Below the pieces are notes generated by a model. The model saw only the letters and a list, made by a program, of their open reading frames with translations, was not told the origin of the DNA and made no database searches. The translations under genes and the position numbers were made by a program. A stretch of DNA of 64,000 nt. Origin: Eubacteriales bacterium (GTDB lineage Bacteria > Bacillota > Clostridia > Oscillospirales > CAG-382). Shown here piece after piece: positions 36,172 through 46,893 of the stretch (position 1 is its first letter; each line of letters opens with the position of its first letter). Location of the stretch: assembly GCA_045540015.1 (NCBI GenBank), contig JAZQGP010000013.1, positions 128,251 to 192,250 on the forward strand, written 5' to 3'.

Positions 36172-37950
36172 ATGGGAAAAACGATAGGTATAGATCTTGG
36201 AACAACAAACAGCTGTGTGTCGGTAATTGAAGGCGGAAAGCCTGTTATAATACCGAACGAACACGGTGGAAGAACAACACCGAGCATCGTTGCCTTTACA
36301 CAAAACGGCGAACGGCTTGTGGGAGACACAGCAAGGAGGCAGGCAGTGGCAAATGCATCACGCACTGTTTCTTCGGTAAAACGCCACATGGGAACAGATT
36401 GGCATATAAATATCGATGGCAAAAGCTTCACTCCCCAGGAAATAAGTGCTATGATTCTCAGAAAATTAAGAAAGGATGCAGAGGAGTATCTCGGAACGGA
36501 GGTTACAGATGCTGTCATCACCGTTCCTGCATATTTTAACGACATCCAAAGACAAGCAACCAAGGACGCCGGAAGAATTGCGGGGCTTAATGTAAAACGA
36601 ATAATTAACGAGCCTACAAGTGCTGCCCTTGCTTACGGGCTTGACAACGGCACACCGCAGAAAATTATGGTTTATGACCTTGGAGGCGGAACCTTTGACG
36701 TATCAATAATTGAAATCGGTGAAGGCGTTATAGAGGTGCTTGCTACCAACGGTGACAATAATTTGGGCGGTGACGATTTTGATGCACGCATAACAGAACA
36801 TCTTCTCTCAGAAATCAAAAGACAGTATAAAGTTGATTTAAGATGTGATTTTTCTGCACTTAAGCGTGTGCAAGAGGCAGCAGAGCAAGCTAAAAAAGAG
36901 CTTTCTTCTACTGATAATTCGTATATTTCTCTGCCGTATCTCACACAGACAGGAAGCACGGTTGTGAACTTTGAATACACACTGACACGTTCTAAATTCA
37001 ACGAGCTTACACGCGATCTTGTTGACCGCACTTCAGGTCCTGTGCAAAATGCACTTAATGATGCCGGTATCGCACCTACCGAGCTTGGTAAGGTTATCCT
37101 TGTCGGAGGCTCAACACGTATTCCTGCCGTTCAGGAAAAGGTTCGTCAGCTTACCGGCATTGTTCCCTCAAAGAATATAAATCCCGATGAGTGCGTGGCA
37201 CAGGGGGCTGCGATTCAGGGTGATACACTTTCGGGAGGTGCTTTAACACTTTCGGGTTCTGATGGTAGCATCCTTCTTCTTGACGTAACGCCGCTGAGTC
37301 TGTCAATCGAAACGGTAGGCGGTGTCGCAACCCGTCTTGTCGAAAGAAATTCCACCTTGCCGATTCACTATTCACAGGTTTTCTCCACGGCAGCACCATT
37401 CCAGAGCAGTGTTGAAATCCACGTTTTGCAGGGTGAGCGCCCGATGGCAAAGGATAACAAGACCATCGGTAAATTTAAACTGAATGGAATAAAAAAAGCA
37501 CCTGCCGGTGTACCACAGATCGAAGTAACTTTTGACATTGATGCCAACGGCATTCTTAAGGTTTCGGCAAAAGATCTTGATACCGGCAAGGAGCAGTCAA
37601 TTACCATTTCCAATAACGAAAAAATGTCCGATGCCGAAATTGAGCAAGCCATTCGTGACGCTGAACAATATGCGGCGCAGGATAATATCCGCCGTGAAGC
37701 GCTGACTGTAACAAACGAAGCAAGTCATACCCTTGCCAAAGCAGAACAGGCATTGAACAAAGTCGGTAAAAAGCTTGAAAAGGAAGAGAAAAAGCAAATA
37801 AAATCTGACATTTCCGCTCTTCGCAAGCTTCTTGTGAAAACAAAACCCGAAAAGATGTCAAGCACCGAAATATCTGATATACGCTCAGCAATGGTACGTC
37901 TTGAGGCATCAAGTGCCAATGCACAAAGTATGGCACAGGAGGAGCAATAA
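36172..37950 (+). CDS. Hsp70/DnaK-family chaperone (not in an hrcA-grpE-dnaK-dnaJ context)
   Basis: [22 protein letters not shown], and substrate-binding domain [20 protein letters not shown] at 36172; the track TTG start 36097 overlaps the J-protein gene. Confidence 0.9.
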   Translation: MGKTIGIDLGTTNSCVSVIEGGKPVIIPNEHGGRTTPSIVAFTQNGERLVGDTARRQAVANASRTVSSVKRHMGTDWHINIDGKSFTPQEISAMILRKLRKDAEEYLGTEVTDAVITVPAYFNDIQRQATKDAGRIAGLNVKRIINEPTSAALAYGLDNGTPQKIMVYDLGGGTFDVSIIEIGEGVIEVLATNGDNNLGGDDFDARITEHLLSEIKRQYKVDLRCDFSALKRVQEAAEQAKKELSSTDNSYISLPYLTQTGSTVVNFEYTLTRSKFNELTRDLVDRTSGPVQNALNDAGIAPTELGKVILVGGSTRIPAVQEKVRQLTGIVPSKNINPDECVAQGAAIQGDTLSGGALTLSGSDGSILLLDVTPLSLSIETVGGVATRLVERNSTLPIHYSQVFSTAAPFQSSVEIHVLQGERPMAKDNKTIGKFKLNGIKKAPAGVPQIEVTFDIDANGILKVSAKDLDTGKEQSITISNNEKMSDAEIEQAIRDAEQYAAQDNIRREALTVTNEASHTLAKAEQALNKVGKKLEKEEKKQIKSDISALRKLLVKTKPEKMSSTEISDIRSAMVRLEASSANAQSMAQEEQ

Positions 37951-38050
37951 TATTTTAAACATAGGAGGCAGAGATACATAGAATGTGGAGCGAAGAAGAC
38001 GAAAAAAATATGAGAAAGATACTGTCCGCTACTGATGATGCAACATCGGA

Positions 38051-38707
38051 GTGGATACAAAAGAACTTAAGACACTTATGATGTACTATAAATGTGCCAT
38101 GCTGGAGATAGAAACGAAATTCAATGTGTTAAACGAAGAATATTCCCTGGAGCATGACCGTAATTCCATCAGCACCATTAAAACAAGGCTAAAGTCCCCT
38201 CAGAGTATCAGAGCAAAAATGCTGGCAAAGGATGTTCCGGTAACTCCTGATACTGTTGAAGAAACACTGAATGATATTGCAGGTGTAAGGGTGATCTGAT
38301 CCTTCCCTGAGGATGTTTACACATTGGCGGATGCTCTTCTCAAGCAGGACGATGTCATATTGATTGAGAAGAAGGACTATATTGCAAATCCAAAGCCCAA
38401 CGGCTACCGCAGTCTGCACATGATTGTGGCAATCCCCATATTTTTAGATCATGAAAAGCATTTGATAAAGGTTGAAATTCAACTTCGCACTATTGCAATG
38501 GATTTTTGGGCGACTCTTTAGCACCAGCTTTGCTACAAGAAGAACCACGATATTACCGAGGAAATGGCTTTGGAAATGTCGGCGTGTGCCGAACTCAGTG
38601 CAGCACTTGATGCACGCATGGACAGACTTCGTAAAAGTGTCTTTACAAGTTCATCTGAAAATATGGAAAGAAGTAATGCAGGTGAAGAAAAGATCACAAA
38701 AACTTAA
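38051..38707 (+). pseudogene. small alarmone synthetase (RelQ/RelP-like RelA/SpoT domain) with two in-frame stop codons
   Basis: A single reading frame carries DIAGVRVI-TGA-SFPEDVY...GYRSLHMIV...EIQLRTIAMDFWATL-TAG-HQLCYKK. TGA (38297-38299) sits where homologues have Cys, and TAG (38519-38521) where they have Glu. Confidence 0.75.
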
Positions 38708-39098
38708 AGAAAGAATAAAGAATCGTCTTGATCAAGCCTACGGCTTAGACGAAATTGTTTTTGAACTCGTTGCAATAGGACTGTTTTTTATACTGCTGGA
38801 TATATTTACAAATCTCGCATACATATCGTACTTCAGTATTATTTTTCTGCTTTTGGGATGTTTTCGTTGCTATTCTGCAAACATTGAGGCACGAAAAGAA
38901 GAATTACGGATTTATGAGAATTTCAAATCAGACTGTGCCGAATGGTTAAATAAACAGCAGGAAAATCTCAAAGACAAGATTACATACAAATACGTGAAAT
39001 GCCCTCATTGCGGTACGGTAATCAAACTGCCTCGCAGGCTTGGAGAGATAACAGTCACTTGTCCGAAATGTAACAATAAATTTAATAAGAATGTATAA
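38676..39098 (+). CDS. membrane protein with C-terminal zinc ribbon (paralog 2)
   Basis: YGLDE...FRCYSANIEARKEE...YVKCPHCGTVIKLPRRLGEITVTCPKCNNK aligns with 34085-34495. The ATG at 38676 is the only Met before the TM region. Confidence 0.6.
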   Translation: MQVKKRSQKLKERIKNRLDQAYGLDEIVFELVAIGLFFILLDIFTNLAYISYFSIIFLLLGCFRCYSANIEARKEELRIYENFKSDCAEWLNKQQENLKDKITYKYVKCPHCGTVIKLPRRLGEITVTCPKCNNKFNKNV

Positions 39099-39111
39099 AG
39101 GTGCAAATGTG

Positions 39112-39873
39112 ATGCAAAAGAAAAAAGAGTGTGTCAAAGTGAAAGAACCGATGTCAAATATCCGCAAAACTTACTTTGTAAGACTTATCGGCAGAAGCAT
39201 GGTTTTTGTTGTTGCGGTTTTTCTTTATTTGTTAAAGCCGGAAAGCATGAATGTTTTGTACGGCGGTAATTTTTTCAAGGAACTTTCACCCTTGCATATC
39301 TTGTGGTTAATATGGATAATTGATATGATTTACCAGCTCGTTCCTGTGAAAAACAAGCTTCCTCTCGGCAGTCAAAAGCTGTTTAAGGAACGATTCAAGC
39401 CCATTCGTGAAAAGATAAATTACGAATCACTGAAGGCTTATGTGATATCCACTACAAAATCAGCATATAAAGTATTTATACTTTGGGCAATGCTGATACT
39501 GATGCTTGGTATTCTGTACAATCTCGACGTACTTACCGCAGAGCACTTGTTTCTGGTTTGCGTAGCATTTTATGTTTGCGATCTTATATGTGTTCTCATA
39601 TGGTGTCCCTTCAGACTTATAATGAAAAACAAATGCTGTACAACCTGCAGAATATTTAACTGGGATCATCTTATGATGTTCACTCCCTTGCTTTTTGTCA
39701 ACAGCTTTTATTCGGTGTCGTTATTACTTTTAGCCTTTGCCGTTTGGGTTGTGTGGGAGCTGTGCGTGATGATGTACCCCGAACGCTTTTGGGAACATAC
39801 AAATGAAGCTCTACGTTGTTCGGAATGTACAGATAAGCTTTGTACGCAGTACTGCAGAAAGCTCAGACAATAA
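39112..39873 (+). CDS. polytopic membrane protein with Cys-rich motifs
   Basis: Several TM segments. CCTTCRIFNWDH and C-terminal CSECTDKLCTQYC. ATG at 39112 lies 7 nt after AAAGGTG. No family recognised. Confidence 0.5.
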   Translation: MQKKKECVKVKEPMSNIRKTYFVRLIGRSMVFVVAVFLYLLKPESMNVLYGGNFFKELSPLHILWLIWIIDMIYQLVPVKNKLPLGSQKLFKERFKPIREKINYESLKAYVISTTKSAYKVFILWAMLILMLGILYNLDVLTAEHLFLVCVAFYVCDLICVLIWCPFRLIMKNKCCTTCRIFNWDHLMMFTPLLFVNSFYSVSLLLLAFAVWVVWELCVMMYPERFWEHTNEALRCSECTDKLCTQYCRKLRQ

Positions 39874-39886
39874 ATACAGTCTTTTG

Positions 39887-39913
39887 AAGAGCCTCCAGGT
39901 GAGGCTCTTTTGT
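39887..39913 (+). terminator. intrinsic terminator
   Basis: Stem AGAGCCTC / GAGGCTCT with loop caggt, then TTTTGTT. Confidence 0.65.
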
Positions 39914-39931
39914 TATAAAAAATGAATTAAA

Positions 39932-39964
39932 GTTTCGTTTCAGTTTAGATTACCTTGTTATACT
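39932..39964 (+). promoter_or_regulatory. operator-like motif (site d) plus -10 box upstream of the flavodoxin-like gene
   Basis: GTTTCGTTTCAGTTTAGA, 9 nt, then TATACT. Confidence 0.55.
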
Positions 39965-40020
39965 TTTGCTGTAAAAAGACAAAGTACGACAATATCATAC
40001 AGTTATCGGGAAGGAGTAAG

Positions 40021-40527
40021 ATGATGAAATACGAAATAGCATACCTGAGTGTTTCGGGTAACACAGAAAAGCTTGCACACGGAATTGCCGACAGATTTCC
40101 GCACGAGGACACCTTTGTCACAGATTTATCCTGTGAAAGTATTACGAAGAAAGCGGATATATATATCATCGGCTTCGGTGTTGATAAAGGAACCATTCCT
40201 TTGAGGATTATCGAAGCACTGGAAGAAATTGAGGGCAAGCCGTATATGTTCTTTATAACAGGCTGTATGGAGCCGACAGAGGCATATAAAGAAAATGTCG
40301 AGCAGAAGCTTTTGCCGTTTTTGCCGGATGACGGAGATTACAGAGGTATCTTTATGTGCCGTGGAAAAATTTCAGATGAAGCGAGAAGTGCATTGAATAA
40401 AAAGCTTTATGAAGCACCTGAAAATCCGTCACTTGCCGAAATTTTACGTCAGGCAAAGCTGTCAGAAAACCATCCCGACAGTGTGGATGTTGAAAATGCA
40501 TACGCATTTGTCAGAGAGCGGATATAG
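40021..40527 (+). CDS. flavodoxin-family protein
   Basis: N-terminal IAYLSVSGNTEKLA FMN-binding loop. ATG at 40021 follows GGAAGGAG. Confidence 0.7.
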   Translation: MMKYEIAYLSVSGNTEKLAHGIADRFPHEDTFVTDLSCESITKKADIYIIGFGVDKGTIPLRIIEALEEIEGKPYMFFITGCMEPTEAYKENVEQKLLPFLPDDGDYRGIFMCRGKISDEARSALNKKLYEAPENPSLAEILRQAKLSENHPDSVDVENAYAFVRERI

Positions 40528-40574
40528 GCTTTCACCTATGAATACAAAAAACACAGGAACGAGAGGTAAATACC

Positions 40575-42401
40575 ATGCGTGAAGTGAAAAACCCAAAAAA
40601 ACCGTTGATGTTTTATTACGGTATTGCATTGCTTGTAATTATACTGTTTAATTCCATAGTAATGCCTATGATTGCCGAAGGACGTGTCAAGGAGGTTGAT
40701 TACGGAACCTTTATGGCAATGACTGAAGACAAAAATATTGGTCTTGTTAAAATCAGCGAAAGCGATAATCAGATTACCTTTACAGATAAAACACGAGAAA
40801 AAATATATAAAACGGGAATGATGAATGATCCGGAGATCACATCAAGGTTATATGAAGCAGGAGCAAGCTTTAAGGGAGAAATTATTGAAGAACCCAACTT
40901 TCTTGTAAGCTTTATTATGACATGGATACTGCCCATGGTGCTGTTTTTCGGGATAGGACAATTTATGTCAAAAAAGATGATGGATAAAGCAGGCGGCGGC
41001 TCGGGTGCCATGATGTTCAATATGGGTAAATCCAACGCCAAGGTCTATGTAAAATCCGAAAACGGCATAAAATTTGACGATGTTGAAGGCGTTGATGAGG
41101 CAGAGGAGAGCCTGCAGGAGGTTGTGGACTATCTTCACAATCCCAAGAAATACACCGAAATAGGAGCGCAAATGCCTAAAGGTATTCTTCTTGTAGGACC
41201 TCCCGGCACAGGTAAAACAATGCTTGCTAAGGCGGTTGCGGGCGAAGCAAATGTACCCTTCTTTTCAATGAGCGGCTCTGAATTTGTTGAAATGTTTGTA
41301 GGTATGGGTGCTTCAAAGGTGCGAGATCTCTTCAAGCAGGCTAAAGAAAAAGCTCCCTGCATTGTCTTTATTGATGAGATTGACGCTATTGGAGGAAAAA
41401 GAGCATCAGGTGGCATAAGCGGAGGACATGATGAGCGTGAGCAGACATTAAATCAGCTCCTCACCGAAATGGATGGCTTTGAGGGTAACAGCGGTGTTAT
41501 GATTCTTGCGGCAACCAACCGTCCCGAATCTCTTGACCCTGCACTTACCCGTCCCGGACGTTTTGACAGGCGTGTTCCCGTTGAGCTTCCCGATCTTAAG
41601 GGCAGAGAGGCAATTCTCAAGGTGCACTGCAAAAAAATCAAAACTGCTCCCGACATTGACTTTACACAGGTTGCACGCATGGCTTCGGGCGCATCCGGTG
41701 CCGAGCTTGCCAACATAGTAAACGAAGCAGCTTTGCGAGCTGTACGTGCCGGCAGAAAGGCAGCGACACAGGCAGATCTTGAGGAAAGCATAGAGGTTGT
41801 TATTGCGGGTTATCAAAAAAAGAATGCTATTCTCACCGACAAAGAAAAAATGGTGGTGGCATATCACGAAATAGGTCATGCGCTTGTTGCAGCAAAGCAG
41901 ACAAACTCTGCTCCCGTTCAAAAAATTACAATAGTTCCACGTACCTCTGGTGCTCTCGGTTACACAATGCAGGTTGATGAGGGAAATCATTACCTTATGA
42001 GTAAGGAAGAAATCGAAAATAAAATCGCAACCTACACAGGCGGAAGAGTGGCAGAGGAAATCGCCGTAGGCTACATTACAACAGGAGCTTCAAATGACAT
42101 TGAACAGGCAACAAGACTTGCCCGTTCCATGATTACACGTTTCGGTATGAGTAATAAATTTGGCATGATGGCTCTTGAAACTGTTACAAATCAGTATCTT
42201 GGCGGTGATGCTTCGCTTGCCTGCTCTGCGGAAACACAGACGGAAATAGACCGTCTTGCATCTGAGCTTATAAAACAACAATATGAAAAAGCAAAGAAGA
42301 TTATAACGGAAAATAAAACAAAGCTTGATGAGCTTGCAAAATATCTTTATACACACGAAACCATCACCGGAGAAGAATTTATGAATATTCTTAATAGCTG
42401 A
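40575..42401 (+). CDS. ftsH: ATP-dependent zinc metalloprotease FtsH
   Basis: Walker [12 protein letters not shown] region, and zinc site HEIGHAL. Confidence 0.95.
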   Translation: MREVKNPKKPLMFYYGIALLVIILFNSIVMPMIAEGRVKEVDYGTFMAMTEDKNIGLVKISESDNQITFTDKTREKIYKTGMMNDPEITSRLYEAGASFKGEIIEEPNFLVSFIMTWILPMVLFFGIGQFMSKKMMDKAGGGSGAMMFNMGKSNAKVYVKSENGIKFDDVEGVDEAEESLQEVVDYLHNPKKYTEIGAQMPKGILLVGPPGTGKTMLAKAVAGEANVPFFSMSGSEFVEMFVGMGASKVRDLFKQAKEKAPCIVFIDEIDAIGGKRASGGISGGHDEREQTLNQLLTEMDGFEGNSGVMILAATNRPESLDPALTRPGRFDRRVPVELPDLKGREAILKVHCKKIKTAPDIDFTQVARMASGASGAELANIVNEAALRAVRAGRKAATQADLEESIEVVIAGYQKKNAILTDKEKMVVAYHEIGHALVAAKQTNSAPVQKITIVPRTSGALGYTMQVDEGNHYLMSKEEIENKIATYTGGRVAEEIAVGYITTGASNDIEQATRLARSMITRFGMSNKFGMMALETVTNQYLGGDASLACSAETQTEIDRLASELIKQQYEKAKKIITENKTKLDELAKYLYTHETITGEEFMNILNS

Positions 42402-42415
42402 AAGGAGCAGAATAA

Positions 42416-43312
42416 ATGAGAAAAGTAAAAATTATTACCGATTCCTGTGCCGACTTAAGTCCTAAGCAATTGAAGAAATATGACATAGACTATGTAAGAA
42501 TGTCAACGGTTCTTGACGGAGTTGAAAGCCCCGCACTTCTTACCTGGACAGAAAAGGAGGCACACGAGCTTTATGAAACAATACGGAAAGGAAAGCGTGT
42601 CACCACAGCTCAGGTTTCGGTCGAGGAGTTTAATGTAACCTTTAAAAAATATCTGAGCCACGGCTACGATATTGTATATATCGGCTGTTCGTCAAAGCAA
42701 TCGGGCTCTGTAAATACAGGGCGAATAGTTGCCGGGAAGCTTGTAGGACTATATCCCGAAGCAAAAATTTTCTGCATAGATTCACTTAATGCGAGTATCG
42801 GTGAAGGAATGCTTGCGATAGAGGCGGCAAAATGGGCATCGAAGGGCATAAACGCCGAGGAAATAGCCGAATATGTTACAGAGCTTCGAAAAAAAGTACA
42901 GCAATTTGTAACAGTACATACTCTTGAGCATCTGAAAAAGGCAGGGCGTGTAACGACCTCCTCTGCTTTTCTCGGAAATCTTATGGGTATAAAGCCCATA
43001 CTTGTTTCAGATGTCAACGGTGTACAGACCGCACTGAAAAAGGTCAAGGGGCGCAAAGCCTCCTTTAAGGAAATAGTATCCTTGCTTAAGGAAAATATTA
43101 CGGATGCCGAAAAACAGACGGTGTATATTGCACATGCCGACTGCGACAAAGCGGAGATAGATGAGCTGACAGCACTTGTGAAACAGGAGATTGGCTGCAG
43201 AAGTGTTGAGGTTTGTCTTATAGGTCCCATAATCGGTGCCTCAATCGGTCCGGATGCTGTGGGAGTTTGGGCATTTGGAAAACAAGTAACACATAAGGCT
43301 GAGGTAAAATAA
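42416..43312 (+). CDS. DegV family fatty-acid-binding protein
   Basis: VKIITDSCADLS N-terminus; ~298 aa. Confidence 0.85.
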   Translation: MRKVKIITDSCADLSPKQLKKYDIDYVRMSTVLDGVESPALLTWTEKEAHELYETIRKGKRVTTAQVSVEEFNVTFKKYLSHGYDIVYIGCSSKQSGSVNTGRIVAGKLVGLYPEAKIFCIDSLNASIGEGMLAIEAAKWASKGINAEEIAEYVTELRKKVQQFVTVHTLEHLKKAGRVTTSSAFLGNLMGIKPILVSDVNGVQTALKKVKGRKASFKEIVSLLKENITDAEKQTVYIAHADCDKAEIDELTALVKQEIGCRSVEVCLIGPIIGASIGPDAVGVWAFGKQVTHKAEVK

Positions 43313-43313
43313 A

Positions 43314-44954
43314 ATGAATAATATTTCGGTGCTTGACGGCTTCACCTTTGCAAAGATGGTAAAGTCGGGGTGTAATAATCTGCGGACTCATATGCAGACA
43401 GTAAACAACTTAAATGTATTTCCCATTCCCGACGGTGATACGGGCAGCAATATGCTAATGACTATCATAGGCGGAGCAGATAATGCCGGTGCAGGTACAA
43501 AAAGTATCAGTGAAACATCAAGGCGCATATCCGACGGAATGCTTCTGAGTGCAAGAGGAAATTCCGGTGTTATTCTGTCTCAGATTTTTGAGGGGATTGC
43601 AGGCGGCTTTGAAGGCATGGAAGAGGCAGGAAATCAGGAAATAATCAAGGCTCTGCAGACAGGAGTGAGGCATTCCTACAGGGCTGTTATGGATCCTTGT
43701 GAGGGAACAATGCTGACGGTTATGCGTTGTGCCTGCGAATACGCCGGCGGTAAAGCCGCACCATCAATACGGGAGCTGTTTTCCAACTTTTTATATGAAG
43801 CTAAACGAACTCTTGAAAAAACGCCTGATATGCTTCCCGTTCTGAAAAAAGCGGGGGTTGTGGATTCCGGCGGAGCAGGTCTTGTATATATTTTCGAAGG
43901 AATGCTTGGCGTACTTACAGGAGAACAGAGTGAAAGCGATTTTCAGACTGTTGCAGTAAATGATGATATGATTGATCTTAATCTGTTCACAGAGGACAGT
44001 GTTTTGAAATACGGCTATTGTACAGAGCTTTTATTGAGGCTTCAGAACTGTAAAACAGAGCCCGGAAGCTTTGACGTAGCTACTCTTACCGAATATCTCA
44101 AGGGTATCGGAGACAGCGTTGTTGCATTCAAAACCGGAAGTATTGTAAAAATACATATTCACACAATGACTCCGGACAGAGTTCTTGCATTCTGTCAAAG
44201 GTATGGAGAATTCCTGAAAATCAAGATTGAAAATATGTCACTTCAGCACAACAGTGCGGCTCTTGAAGGAATAAATGTTACCGTAAAGCCGCAAGGTGAA
44301 CGTAAAGCATACGCTGTTGTAACGGTAGCATCGGGCGACGGTATCAAAAAGCTTTTCTCTGAAAGAGGTGCAGACGTGATTGTGGATGGCGGACAGACAA
44401 TGAACCCGTCGGCAGAGGATTTTCTCCAAGCCTTCAATGAGGCAAATGCCGACACAATTTTTGTACTGCCAAATAACAGCAATATCATCCTCACCGCAAA
44501 GCAGGCTGCCGGAATTTACACCGATTCTGAAATTTATGTGCTTGAAAGCAAAACAATTGGCGACGGTTATGCTGCTATTTCCATGTTATCGACGGAATCG
44601 GGAAATACAAAGCAAATCGTACAGGAAATGACGGATGCAATGCAAAATGTTGTTACTGCTTGTATTTCAAAAAGTATAAAGGACACAGACGAAGTACGAG
44701 CAGGAGATTATATTGGCTTTGTGGGAAAGAATATTCTTTCGGCAAAGGAAAACCGTCTTGATGCCGTTAAGAGTACTGCTGATGCACTTGGAGCTTCGGA
44801 ATATGATATTTGCCTTATAATACGCGGAAAAAGCACAGATGAAGCCGAAGCCTTGCTTGCACAAGCATATGTAAAGTCGAAATGTCCCTTGACCGAGACT
44901 TATTTAATTGACGGAATGCAGGACATATATGACTACATTCTGATTTTAGAATGA
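43314..44954 (+). CDS. DAK2 domain fusion protein (YloV-like)
   Basis: N-terminal DhaL-like FPIPDGDTGSNM; ~546 aa architecture. Confidence 0.85.
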   Translation: MNNISVLDGFTFAKMVKSGCNNLRTHMQTVNNLNVFPIPDGDTGSNMLMTIIGGADNAGAGTKSISETSRRISDGMLLSARGNSGVILSQIFEGIAGGFEGMEEAGNQEIIKALQTGVRHSYRAVMDPCEGTMLTVMRCACEYAGGKAAPSIRELFSNFLYEAKRTLEKTPDMLPVLKKAGVVDSGGAGLVYIFEGMLGVLTGEQSESDFQTVAVNDDMIDLNLFTEDSVLKYGYCTELLLRLQNCKTEPGSFDVATLTEYLKGIGDSVVAFKTGSIVKIHIHTMTPDRVLAFCQRYGEFLKIKIENMSLQHNSAALEGINVTVKPQGERKAYAVVTVASGDGIKKLFSERGADVIVDGGQTMNPSAEDFLQAFNEANADTIFVLPNNSNIILTAKQAAGIYTDSEIYVLESKTIGDGYAAISMLSTESGNTKQIVQEMTDAMQNVVTACISKSIKDTDEVRAGDYIGFVGKNILSAKENRLDAVKSTADALGASEYDICLIIRGKSTDEAEALLAQAYVKSKCPLTETYLIDGMQDIYDYILILE

Positions 44955-44964
44955 GGAATGACCT

Positions 44965-45582
44965 ATGAAGCTATTAGTTTATGCTGTTTGTGCTATCGTT
45001 TCTTACCTTGTTGCCGGCTGGAATCCTGCTATAACCTTATCGAAAGCGATATATAAAAAGGATATACGAGAGTGCGGTAGCACAAACCCGGGCTTTACAA
45101 ATTTTAAACGCACCTTTGGAAATAAATGGGCATGGTGGGTACTTATTCTTGATTTGTCAAAGTCGGCAATAGTTACAGTATTATGTGCACTTCTTTTTGA
45201 ACACTGCTTCGGGAATTACCAATTGGGCGGTGCATATGCGTGGCTTTTTGCCCTGCTTGGTCATTCGTTCCCGATATGGTATGGCTTTAAGGGAGGTAAA
45301 GGCTTTCTTGTCAGTCTTTCTGCAGTTTTGATAATTGACCTGCGTGTAGGACTTATTGCAACTGCAATTATGGTCGTATTGCTTATTGTAACAAAATATA
45401 TGTCTGTTGCAACCGTTACTGCAATGCTTGTTTGCCCTATATTGCTTTACATATCAGGAGCATCGGCAACGGTCGTTTGCATATGTGCTGCCTGCGTTTT
45501 GTTTATAGCTGTTCGCCATAAAGAAAATTTTATCAGGCTTAAGAACGGTAAAGAATCAAGATTTACCGTAAGATCAAATTAA
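44965..45582 (+). CDS. plsY: glycerol-3-phosphate acyltransferase PlsY
   Basis: GSTNPGFTNF and GHSFPIWYGFKGGKG motifs. Confidence 0.85.
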   Translation: MKLLVYAVCAIVSYLVAGWNPAITLSKAIYKKDIRECGSTNPGFTNFKRTFGNKWAWWVLILDLSKSAIVTVLCALLFEHCFGNYQLGGAYAWLFALLGHSFPIWYGFKGGKGFLVSLSAVLIIDLRVGLIATAIMVVLLIVTKYMSVATVTAMLVCPILLYISGASATVVCICAACVLFIAVRHKENFIRLKNGKESRFTVRSN

Positions 45583-45604
45583 CATTATCACAGAGGTATT
45601 TCAA

Positions 45605-46258
45605 GTGTTTTCACGTTTGTTTTCAGGCTTCACAAGTGGATTACAGTCTCTGCTGTTTACAGCACCGGTAATATTATTGGCTGTTATATGCCATGAATGT
45701 GCTCACGGCTGGGTGTCTTATAAGCTGGGAGATCCTACTGCAAAAAATGCAGGGCGTCTTACGCTCAATCCGTTAAAGCATTTGGATCCGGTCGGAACAC
45801 TGTGTATGCTTTTCTTTCACGTTGGCTGGGCAAACCCTGTGCCAATAAATCCTATGTACTACAAAAACAGAAAAAAAGGCATTATCTATGTGTCGCTTGC
45901 CGGACCTGTTGCCAATTTTATACTTGCATTTATATCACTGCTTGTAGTGGCGATTACAATTCGTTTTGGAGCTGCTGATTCCACAGCCGGTTGGATAGTA
46001 TATCAGCTCTGCTATTACTCATCGGTAGTAAACATCGGACTCGGACTGTTTAATTTAATACCGATACCGCCGCTTGACGGTTCAAAGATAGTTGGAGAAT
46101 TATCAGACAAAGCACAAGAATTTTATTGGAGATATCAAAAATATTGGCAGATTGTTCTAATTATTTGTGTTGTTACGGGAATTCTCAGCAAACCGCTCGG
46201 TATACTTAACAGTACATTACTCAGAGCTATGTGGAAAATCATAAGCCTATTTATATAG
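45605..46258 (+). CDS. site-2 protease (M50) family protein
   Basis: HECAHG zinc motif in a polytopic membrane protein, and NLIPIPPLDG. Confidence 0.85.
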   Translation: MFSRLFSGFTSGLQSLLFTAPVILLAVICHECAHGWVSYKLGDPTAKNAGRLTLNPLKHLDPVGTLCMLFFHVGWANPVPINPMYYKNRKKGIIYVSLAGPVANFILAFISLLVVAITIRFGAADSTAGWIVYQLCYYSSVVNIGLGLFNLIPIPPLDGSKIVGELSDKAQEFYWRYQKYWQIVLIICVVTGILSKPLGILNSTLLRAMWKIISLFI

Positions 46259-46286
46259 CTTTTATCTCTAAGAAAGGAGTTTTAAT

Positions 46287-46862
46287 ATGAGAGAAACAAG
46301 AGATGAATATCAAGAAGAAGCAACTGCCGACACAAATAAAAAAACAAAAGGAAAAAATTGTTTTTATTTAAAAATTATAGCTCTTGCACTATGCTGCTCT
46401 TTTCTTGGCGGTGTAATTGGAAGTGCTGCCACCTTATTAACAAGTGATTTCCTTGTTGAAAAGAACATTACAGACATTATTGAGCAAAACAAGGACTTTA
46501 CAGTTGAAAGTCATATTAGATTAAGAACCCCTTTTACATTACATATGAGAATTGCCAAAAGCTTTATAGAAAACGAATTTCTAACGGAGCCATACATTGG
46601 AATTTCCGTTACCAATTCTGTCGAACCCAGAGGAGTCAAAATAGACGGCGTTGAAAAAGGAAGCCCTGCGGATAAAGCACATCTTTATGCAGGCGATATC
46701 ATAACAATGGTTGATAACAGCAGAATATACATTGCTGATGATCTGAAGGATTATATCAAAAAAGCCGGCATAGGTGATGAAATAAAGCTTACAGTATACA
46801 GAAACGGCTATACGATTGATTGTACGGTTACTGTAGGTGAGCATTCCCGTTTTGAAAAATAA
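46287..46862 (+). CDS. membrane-anchored PDZ domain protein
   Basis: One TM segment, then a PDZ domain (GVKIDGVEKGSPADKAHLYAGDIITMVDN). Confidence 0.7.
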   Translation: MRETRDEYQEEATADTNKKTKGKNCFYLKIIALALCCSFLGGVIGSAATLLTSDFLVEKNITDIIEQNKDFTVESHIRLRTPFTLHMRIAKSFIENEFLTEPYIGISVTNSVEPRGVKIDGVEKGSPADKAHLYAGDIITMVDNSRIYIADDLKDYIKKAGIGDEIKLTVYRNGYTIDCTVTVGEHSRFEK

Positions 46863-46893
46863 CTAAAATATCCGTTGAGAAGGGAAAGATGAT

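Noticed and set aside
38297-38299. TGA in the alarmone synthetase as a selenocysteine or recoded codon (it replaces a conserved Cys)
   Set aside because: No SECIS-like hairpin is evident immediately downstream. TGA is used as an ordinary stop by many genes in the window. The second interruption is TAG, which favours simple nonsense mutations.
26444-40527. The idea that the GT4, two-component/ABC and Hsp70 genes are cargo of the Tn7-like element
   Set aside because: No second transposon end, inverted repeat or target duplication could be identified anywhere between 26.2 and 40.5 kb. The hypothesis cannot be supported from the sequence alone, and it remains possible.
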